Part shown: positions 47,601 through 55,300 of the stretch, in pieces
Numbering within the stretch: position 1 is the stretch's first letter
How the letters are laid out: the number at the start of each line of letters is the position of its first letter
Virus record (IMG/VR): IMGVR_UViG_3300020578_000034
Location: 1-64,000 of that record
DNA: 64,000 nt
Direction: 5' to 3' (one strand)
Source: a virus
Lineage: Duplodnaviria > Caudoviricetes
Program-made: the position numbers and the translations under genes
The notes under the pieces: model-generated
Told to the model about the DNA's origin: nothing
What the model saw: only the letters and a program-made list of their open reading frames with translations
Databases searched by the model: none

Positions 47601-49031
47601 CTCCTGGCTCCGCACATAGACGTGAACGGTTTGGACGCGTCGGACCCGGCAATCCAGTCCCTTTCACCGGCACTGAAGGCCGCCGGGTTGGGAACCTACA
47701 AAGTCACCGGGCACTCGACCCCCAAGGTCCAGGGACCGGTGGTGAAGGAGTTCGCGGACAGGCTGATAGGTCCCAGTGCCGTCGCCGACGCCGTGCTCGG
47801 AACGTTCCCGACCGCGGACGAGTTGCTGACGATATACGCAGTAAACGCACTCATCAGGGCGAGGGCGGAGTACCTTTCCGACTCCGTCCTCAACGCGGAC
47901 CAAGTAAACGAGGCGATCCTGTTCGGAAATGTCATGCTCGTGGGCCCGAAATTGCCCCAGGACCTGTGGGACATCCCGCAGGTCGGCACCTCCTTGTACC
48001 TCGACCCGTTCAGCTACTTCGGGAACGATTCCAACTTCCTCAAGGCCGTGATCGACGCGTTGCCGGAACGGGTCAGATCCGGGCTGGCCTTCTCCCCCGC
48101 CGCGGAGAGGACACCTGGCGTCACCTATCAGGACCGGTCCTGGGGGGACACCTCGCTCTTCGAGGGCATCATAATCAGGGAAGACGACGACATCTCCAGA
48201 AGGTTCGCCCCCATGATCAGGAAGCAGGCGGGAATAGTGCTGGACCACGCCAGGCGACACGGCGAGCTGGCGAGGAAGTGGGCGCAAACCGCCTACGACC
48301 TCATGAGGGAGGCTGGCCTGACGGACGCAGAAGTGGCTTTCGTTGTCAACGAACACTGGAGAAAAGCATCAGCGTTCAAACTCGCCACGGTGCAACCGGG
48401 GAACGTGCTGGGTCACGCGGCGAGGCTGGGCGTCAAGGCGTTCTCCTCGAGGTACTCGCCGATAAGCCAGGCCATCACCGGCGAGGGCCCCCGCGAGGAG
48501 GAGGATTTCGGCCTGCACGAGTTCTTCCACCACTTCCTGGGCCAGGGTTTCACCAGGCACGGGGAGTACGTGGCGTTCAGGGGTCCGGTCGATCTGATCG
48601 ATTCCTACCACGGGCACATGCAGTGGGCCTGGAACGACACCCGTCAGCTTGGGATGTTCGTCTCCAGGATCATGACGCAGGAGTTTGGCCGCGGCAAGAC
48701 CGACCAGCTGGATCTCGGGTATTCGCGCACATTCCATGACACCATCGGCAGGGCCATCTACGACAGGCTGAAGGAGATGCTCTCCTCGGCCGAGGACAGG
48801 CGAGAAATAATGGACCAGGTGTTCCCGGAATTCCACGGGTCGCCCAGCGAGGACGAGGCGAAGATCAAGGCGCTGATCCGAAGGCAGTTCGCGGGGCGAG
48901 ACCTTGAAAGGGTCCGCCAATTTGCGGATTTGATGCCCGTCCTCAGACTGCTCACGGTGCAGGACCTGCTGGTGCCGAAGATGTACTACCCCTACGGGGG
49001 AACGAGTAAAATAATCGGGGGAAGCAACTGA
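41658..49031 (+). CDS. 2457-aa polyvalent protein (two ART-like, OGFr-like, HTH arrays, SLOG-like, zincin)
   Basis: LYHAT..ILAEGL; HYDWWAYP; HTH repeats; YRG/SWS/EEE; FVVGDMPGVD; HEFFH; five EAGM linkers. Confidence 0.82.
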   Translation: MTRLERHLRKSPGEKSLGPTIGGAPRNMNPFTARDADMDMLVLEDIEAVNFGRGVPDPTPGGAAETPSAPRLRSPFYATNEDFAVAAMSGPNRRPSASEAKDPGDMRNPDGHFPRESGPMWRQTSFTALNLAPRERRNTSPASVNTYLHAEWTEPYWDAVRDDTGIWNSPPPPEMEVERAIYDAMKRETIEVGGYNVPFPQHPKESDYDQYTDSTGATVRHLNATRSFPFRDRENSRWTDGHPLYHATPTGSLPKILAEGLVANAERQLWFGASPTVWNEQFPHNAPLRLKSPIKGMSFLRISPTQTMNERLSRLAKVSDVDRATVPGSLAIDSDGNLIGPRDSRAQVAVGLLSDALWFNDIEIPTENIEVLSQTGEWIPLYRTDLSDVVADPTSGPEAGMTNEKNRGIRKILSSITNGKHGDDEGADEQKPASKPPAEVPVVAQIPNPEPRIKYSDSYGGDDLIKNEQRIVRIDHEGLVAAGRWEDIHGDHYDWWAYPIDRGSGQYGEAFNVAGEPLRRLREDPEFLASLAREIEIQALALGWSLYDKDWVEKLDWENGQDWRRAYPTRLWKATRSAQIFGLQREFESMLALHDSLAAGGVRFNHEDYWESPGTVDDVPSLGKSWKERQEEWRQRYPASDATSWTSPHRPMPQGPKRGSDDSQMTLLEEDRAWDAYDSFTTPIFPVVSDAEELADILSEPDEMIEFGYPYERIDKETRQLIADDIFFAVSLLMDGEFPDEEFTDRLESAEQMRRYANEQEGLYPDDGDILYALADALENPVSLYEDAVYESTDSPDGEAGMARKLRTTAEMDELMNEAARLYNEGKPRMDIAREMNLPRDTISNLLQRANARKLLRNYNPRGSGKFGNTVTTPENIAAAADKYREGKTFAQIAEELAVPGSSVIRLVAEARRLGLDTGPRRNRTSSEVEELMLEVAIKYEEGKSFREIAQEMGVNINTVQNMANRAVKLGLIRRDRIERASDAADELTKEIMTKLGQGKSQRQIARELNVPYLRVTNLIKRARRILAPDRRKARLMNSSESPGDSGAPDGEAGMGRRFRGMDEEPDYSDMSLSDTEIQNFIESEADKVTDDLIFGREVSRAFTQGEDEPVPPSVMPVRQISIPTLEEIPEDLKQSYIKLWAGGGSFVAINRQLGISNLDGAAIQTALLRSGEILPRTKRTSGDSLRLTPEDERVFVEWSNEGADMGLLASVFGLTAGQTAEIAKDLRSRGLIRRRFQKNFFTDSERDAFATIVKEERAKGRGVWPRSVLRAQRELGWSKQRAQAMLLWYRMQVKFGHMPGIKTQLSDSDMMRFAARWNDGVPEEQIAREFNVAEGSVKWLASKVRKRGIRLKRRNSTDLSATDGLRRSPRLSREWLEGVENGTTSGGYQEFMEGMQKRAVALYRDGRTYDQIAKELGITGADAKYLVDRAVTSGEKSPRRRGPRSKVAAALGITVDELVERMAARYNEGKTGAEMATEFGTTIGNLNYFLRVAGKRGLLKLRTKRKKHPVKRNVTGASSRKTRPTDGSDGEAGMSGPDSADLPDGIDGELEDYVYEDPVFGLSIQHPLFLWFARITPEVVDLINASFAKKRASADEALRQKNWGRYIYLHERPYRIDAFEDIMDELTDQEYWSRLSDIWVDSENIGQQPDRWRNLLLSERGSRESFMTEDERAEFAALQPQFTVYRGYSENDQEEFGMSWSTDAGVAEWFARRFAREDDKIFMEEMEVSKDDVFAYLTRRGEEEIILDMRTATGGTAIRRQLKKYPNTTSGPYAAKLRKLGVRADGEAGMSSRKIPKFNGGHSSKGRGTPSGDGKDLAMRDVADSAIVELANDERSSSRTTLETLGSYRAGSMVVMLARNGELRGIPLRDETIQAITKAHDDGATFVVGDMPGVDSQFVEFLDKIGADYTIYHAGSSPRFRPQPPDARGDAPSELLARVTDEDAQLSLLYSVPGVAASVRMRSTDGAPVAPGKNAIMKPYLLAPHIDVNGLDASDPAIQSLSPALKAAGLGTYKVTGHSTPKVQGPVVKEFADRLIGPSAVADAVLGTFPTADELLTIYAVNALIRARAEYLSDSVLNADQVNEAILFGNVMLVGPKLPQDLWDIPQVGTSLYLDPFSYFGNDSNFLKAVIDALPERVRSGLAFSPAAERTPGVTYQDRSWGDTSLFEGIIIREDDDISRRFAPMIRKQAGIVLDHARRHGELARKWAQTAYDLMREAGLTDAEVAFVVNEHWRKASAFKLATVQPGNVLGHAARLGVKAFSSRYSPISQAITGEGPREEEDFGLHEFFHHFLGQGFTRHGEYVAFRGPVDLIDSYHGHMQWAWNDTRQLGMFVSRIMTQEFGRGKTDQLDLGYSRTFHDTIGRAIYDRLKEMLSSAEDRREIMDQVFPEFHGSPSEDEAKIKALIRRQFAGRDLERVRQFADLMPVLRLLTVQDLLVPKMYYPYGGTSKIIGGSN

Positions 49032-49234
49032 TGGAACCGAACAAACCGACCGACGCGACGCCGATCCTGAGGGTCGAGATTCCCGCCGCCAAACTCGACG
49101 CCATCGGCAGGGCGCTGGCCGGTCCTGATCCGCAGGACGACGACGGGTCGCACGCCGAGGCTCAGGCGGATTGGGACCTGATAGTCCGCGAGAGGGGCCC
49201 GAGGACGACAAGCTACGGAGATGCCGATAGCTAA
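49031..49234 (+). CDS. Small acidic protein coupled to the 2457-aa gene
   Basis: TGATG overlap; 67 aa. Confidence 0.5.
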   Translation: MEPNKPTDATPILRVEIPAAKLDAIGRALAGPDPQDDDGSHAEAQADWDLIVRERGPRTTSYGDADS

Positions 49235-49246
49235 CAACTATACGTC

Positions 49247-49252
49247 TATAAT
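49247..49252 (+). promoter_or_regulatory. -10 box upstream of the ~2950-aa gene
   Basis: TATAAT within the imperfect palindrome AACAACTATA-cgtc-TATAATTGTT. Confidence 0.45.
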
Positions 49253-49302
49253 TGTTGAGTAATTGTCAAATCCCGTCGCCGGGAATAGAGGATAAAGGGC
49301 AG

Positions 49303-52300
49303 ATGTCGCCAACCCCGTTCAGAATTCCGTTCAACGCGAAAATCGTCGCCAGGCACGGAACGACGTCCGTGTACGCGCTCAGGGACGGGCGCCTCGCGTT
49401 CGTCGACCACACCAAGAACCGCACCTTCCTCGACGGGAGCAGGGACGTCGGGACGGGGACCTACGGGTCGGGTCACAACTCGGCGTGGGCCGACTCGCGC
49501 ATCGTCGCCGTCGCGTCCAAGGGCGGCTCCGCCTCGTTCGCGCAGACCAAGGCACTCAGACCGAAACAATCCAGGATGCCGCAGGAGGCGCCGGACCAGC
49601 CCGGGGAGGAGATTCCCGACGAGGCTTTCTCGCGACTGATGCCGATGATCCCGAAGGAGTTCCTTGATTGGGCGGCGTCGTACGAGATCGGCGACCCGCT
49701 GCCCCCGATGATGCCGGGTTACGGCGGGAAAACGCTGTGCAATAAATCCATAAACGACACCTCCTACTCGCAGGACGACTTCGGGGTGGACCAGGTCGTC
49801 GAGCGCGTCCTCGCGGACATGGGTTTGCCAGACATAAACCCCGCCCTCGCCTTCGCCCCCGAGATGGAGACCAAGGGCCTCCCGCGGATGGAGCAGAAGG
49901 GCATCCTGGGCAGGGAGATCAGGGACCTGGCGCGCAACATCGCCGACTCGATCCTCACGGCGAGGGGCCTGTGGAAGGACGAGCTGAACAAGATTCGCTG
50001 CGGGTCGGGACCGAACGCCAACAGGTTCACCGACATCTTCGGGACCGGTTGCGACGTGCCGGGCGCCGACACGGCCGGCAACATCGTCGGCGCGATAAGG
50101 GCCGGGGTGGACGTTCCCGGTCCGGTGGACGAGGTGGCGGGGAGGATCGAGGGGGCGAGGGAGAGCGTCGCCGACGCGGCCGACGGAATGGACTTCCCGG
50201 GCGGAAAACCTTCCCTCGGCGAAAGGCTCAGGACGGCGCTGACGAGGGTCCGGGGCGGGCACACGCCGCACTACGTGGCCGACATGCCGAGCGACATTGA
50301 CCCGGCGGCAGGCATGTCAGACGTGTTGAGCAGGAGATCCGACAAGAGGGGAGCGTTCCAGTTCGTCCGATCTCTAGTCAACCGCAATAAACGGCGCGAG
50401 CGCGGCAAGAAGGGGGAGAAAACCCACAGATCCGCGGAAGAGATGGCCAGGGAGGCCTTCGCCACGCGCGAGTACCGCGACTGGGAGCAGGACTTCACGC
50501 TTAGAAAAGGCAGGCTGCCGAACAGGGGCGAGAAACTCAACTGGTTGGCCGAGCACGTCGGATGGAAAGGACAGATCAGGGACGCGGCCGGCAACCCCGT
50601 GACGGACGAGTTTGGCAACCCGGTGGGAAGCTTCGGCGGGTTGGCCGACACCGCGGTCGTGGACGGGGAAGTGACCGACATGACCCATTTCGAAGCGATG
50701 GTCGAGCAGGTAGTGCGCAACCCGAACTTGGTGGAGGGCGGTAATTTCGACATGCTGAGCGAGGCCAAGAAGAGGAAGATCAGGGAGGAGGTCGAGAGGA
50801 ACATATACGACTACGGGCTCCAGACCCTGTTCGCCATGAAGAACGCCGGCGGGCCGGAAAAGATAGAGCAGATCCAACCCGACGGGAGCAGGATCCTGGT
50901 GGACAACCCGGAGCACAAGAAACGCTTCGCCGAGGTAATACCGACCCATTTCCGCATAATTCACGAGACAGACCCCAGCAACCGGAACCCTTCACTCAGG
51001 GATGCGGCGGTGGTCACCGCGGTCAACGGTTTTGAACCGGGCATCGATGACGTGATCGACTTTGTCCCGGAGATGGGTACAGATCGGCGGATGACTGCGG
51101 CACGACCGCTCACGGCGGGCAGGCAGCGCTATGGAAGCGTCGCCGGTTCTATGCCGTTGTATGTGCATGAGAACCAGACCAGTGGAGGCGAAATTCCGTT
51201 CGTGGCCTCCATAAGCCTTAATCCGCTGTGGTTCATAAACCAGCAAACACAGAAGGACAAGCTCGCGGGCTTCGGCGATCAACACCTGGGGATGGACATG
51301 AGCAGGGAGGCGTTCTGGGCGCACACCGCCGACCACGAGCTGAACCACATAGACGACTTCGCGCAGAGGCTCGGGAACAAGCTCGGATACTGGGGGGAAC
51401 TCGGCGGCGGCCGGGAGGAGTGGATGCAGAGGCTGTCGCAGCAAACGTACACGCGCACGCCCACGGGTGGTCGTTGGTCGAACGTGATAGACCTCCGCAA
51501 GGACGCGGCCAACTACACCTTCCTCGGGCAGCAGATCGCGGAACTCGACGCAAAACTGGCCACAGCCACGACGCCCTACGAGAGACAGAAGGCGATTTGG
51601 TTCTTCTACATGCAGAACATGAGGTTCGACGAGCAGACGATGTCCGACTTCGCGAGGTGGATGAACAGATCGGGCGCGGGTTTCACGCCTGGTAAGCGCC
51701 TTTCTAAGGACGAGCAGGCCGCGATGCTCAACGAGATCTACGAAAACCTGCGGGCGCGCGGCTACGCCGAGGAGACCGGGGTGCCGTCCTTCAGTTTCTG
51801 GCAAGACATGATCGACACGCCTCTGGGTTACTGGAACCCAGCGACGGGCACGTTCGAGTTCCCTCTCGACCCGCGCACCGGGCTCCTGAACCCGTACCCG
51901 CTGAACGTGATGAACATGCAACCGAGATGGACGGGAAGAAGAGACGCGATGAATCGTCCCTTCTCGGACAACGTCGCCACATTTCCCGATAACCTTGATC
52001 CGTCACGCTTCGGGCCTGGACAGCCCCCGTTCGGGCAGGCGAGGCTCGACAACTCCGTCTCCAACCTCCTGCACGGATTCATAGGGGGGACCTACGCCGG
52101 CGAGAACGACTATGAATTCGCGGCGGAGCTGAGGACGCATCTGAACAAACAGGGCGCGCTCGCCGACATCAGGGAGTTCCTCGCCGACCCCGCCCGCAAC
52201 ATACACCAGCTCACCGAAGCCGACTTCATGACGCTCGTGGCCAGATACGTGGGGAAGGACGAGGTCTACAGACTTTACGGGGAACCAATGCCTGGACCAC

Positions 52301-55300
52301 GAGCACTGCCCCCTGGCTTTGTCGGCCCGGGAGGCGGGGCACCCCCGCCACCTGGCGCTGGCGGGCCACCTGGCGCTGGCGGGCCACCGGGCGGAGCACC
52401 AGGAATACCGACGATCCCCCTCGGGCCAGCCTCGCCACCGAGGACGCCAACGGGTGGGGGAGGCGGCGCCGCCCCGACCCCATCCTCCCCAAGATTGCGC
52501 GGAACCGCCACCAGGCCGACGATTCCGATGGTGCCACGAGCCGACGACCCAGACATTCCCACTCCCGACGATACGACTCCGCCCCCAGCCTCCCCGCGGT
52601 TGCGCGGAACCGCCACCAGGCCGACGATTCCGATGGTGCCACGAGCCGACGACCCAGACATTCCCACTCCCGACGATACGACTCCGCCCCCAGCCTCCCC
52701 GCGGTTGCGCGGAACCGCCACCAGGCCGACGATTCCGACGCGTCCGTCGGACGAAGGTCCAGAAGCTCCCGGCGACGCCCCGGAGCCCGGGGCTCCATCG
52801 AGGGTCCGTGGCACGGGAGTCAGGAGACCGACCAGGCCGACGACCGACGACGATCTCACGGAGACGACCGACGACGATCTCGTAGAACCGACGGTCAGAC
52901 CTGAAACCGATGCGGATCGCGTTTCGCCGGAAAGACGCAGAGCCGACGCGGACAGGGAAAGAAGGTTGCGCGAGCTGTTCGACGATGTAGAAGAGACTCC
53001 GGCGGAGCGGGAGGAATTTGAAAAAAGGGTAGAAGAATCCCGCAGGAGGGCGGAAGCCGTGTATTACTCGGGCCACTACGGGGACGTCGAGCAAGCAGTG
53101 GAAGATGCAAAACGCAACATCTCGTCCGATGATCGAATCAACCCTAGAGATCGCGAAAGGCGCGTTCGCACAATGGACGAACAAGTTGCGGCGAGGCGCA
53201 GAGCGATTGATCGAATTCCGGTCGCAACCGATCCAAAAGAACGTAGAGGGCAACAAATAGTCGCCGCCGCGCTAGAAGCGGAATTGATGTATAAAGCTGG
53301 GCAAATAGATTACAGAACCAACGAGCGCCGACAAGCGGACTTGTCGGTCCTGGCCGACCTAAACGGAACGCCACTCTACCGGGACGACCAAGGCATGTTC
53401 AAATTGGAAAGCAGCGTTCCGGAATGGCAGAGGACCGAGGGACCCGACTCGATCGACGATTCGGCCGAATCCGTCGCTTCTAGAACGGCCTTGGCCGAAA
53501 CAATGTTCGGAAAGAGCGAAGCCTCGGAACTCTTGGGCACTCGTTCTTCCGAGACCGACGGACCCACCGCCGATTCGCAAGCGGACAGGTTGAGGCTGAA
53601 CCAAATTCGCGAGGAACGAGTCAACGCCACGGCGCGCGTAGCGGACGCGGAAACTCGCCACGACGAAGCCCTCAGGAGGGCGAGGCGCACGGGATCCGAT
53701 CCCGACAGGGGAGGGGACGGCGACCCGGCGGCGTGGGCGGATTACAGGGCTGCCTACGAAGAATTGAACGACGCGGACGCCGAGAACGCCAGGCTGCTGC
53801 GCGAGTCGAGGGAGCTTGAGGATCGGATACCGAAGAGCGATACACCGACGCCCGCCACGACCAGGGATCCCTCGAGGAGATCTTACGAACGACCGGAAAC
53901 TCCCGAAGGCATCATCGTGGAGGGCGAAACCCCGCAACGGCAGATACGAATGACCAACCAGACCACGGGGGAAATAATTTACGTGGATCCGAGCAACGCT
54001 CGCATCATGGATGAAGTCAGGGCGGAGGGCTTCGCCCCGGACGTGAGGCAACCCACCGCTCCCGCAAGGAGACAGGCCAGTGGGCGAGAAAAACCGCGAA
54101 CGAAACCCGTACGCACAGTTCGCAATCAAAAACCAGATGAGCCCGATTGGGTGAGACGCGAGCGGGCCCGACGTGCTCGGGCGGGATTGGCCGACGATAT
54201 TCCCGGATACGACGACGAGCCGGATGTGGGAATGGCGCCGCCGACCAGGAAGAGGTCGGATTCCGACGGGGTGAGGGAGTTCCTGGAGGAGGGCGACGGG
54301 GCCTTCATGACGCCCGAGCAGGCCCGCCTGCAAAGGGACGGAGCCGTCGAGCGCCGGGAGTCGGCCATCTCGCAGCGCGAGAGGTTGATAAACGAGAGGG
54401 ACGGGGTTGAGAACGGCGTCGTCGGACGCAACCTGACGGACGATCAGGCGCAGAGACGGGTTGAGGAGCTGAACCGCCAGATAGCCGAATTGGAGAGAAG
54501 GATAGACGACCTCGAGAGGACAGCGGAGTTGTTCTCGGAGCACGCACGAAAACTCGAGGAGGGAATCCCCATCAGGGGGAGACGAGGTGGCGACGCTGAA
54601 GCAGGTATGGGCCGAACGTACGAAACCTTGGTCGGCACGCACGCAAACGTCGTCTCCAGAAAACGAGACGAGATAGCGAGGGCGCGACAAACGCTCGACG
54701 GGATAGGCACCCGCAGGAACGGGGGTCTGGTGACCAGGGAGGAGGCCAAGGCGGTCGCCGCCGCGTTCGAGGACCTGTTCTCCGGGGACATGAGGGTGCA
54801 GAGCAATTTTGAGGGGAGGCTGAGAACGGAGTTGCTCAGCAACGGTCGCACCATGGTCAGGTTGGATGCGCAAGTGAACTGGGACGAGATGGTCCAGGTC
54901 CAGGACCTGACGAGCATCCCCATAACCATGCAAATAAAGTCCGCCGACGGCAAAACGATTTACGGGTACGCCACGAGGAGGCTGGAGATAGGCGACGACG
55001 GAGTCACCGTCCATCACGGTTCCCTCACCATCTCGCCGGAGTTCCGCGGCATGGGGATAGCCAGCGAGTTTAACGCAAGGAACGAGAACCTATACAAAGC
55101 CCTCGGGGTCAGGAGCATAACGACCAGCGGATCCTCCTCCTCGATGACGAGCACAAACAACCCGTTCGAGGACCAGGTGATCGGAACCGGCGCAACCCAC
55201 TGGGCCCGCAACGGGTTCACCTGGAGGGACGATGACGCAAAACAAAAATTCATCGGAATCATAGACTCGGCATTGTCGAATAAGCCGGGAATCTTCTCGG

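Noticed and set aside
38464-52737. CRISPR array
   Set aside because: The repeats are in-frame coding units (132 and 105 bp) without unique spacers.
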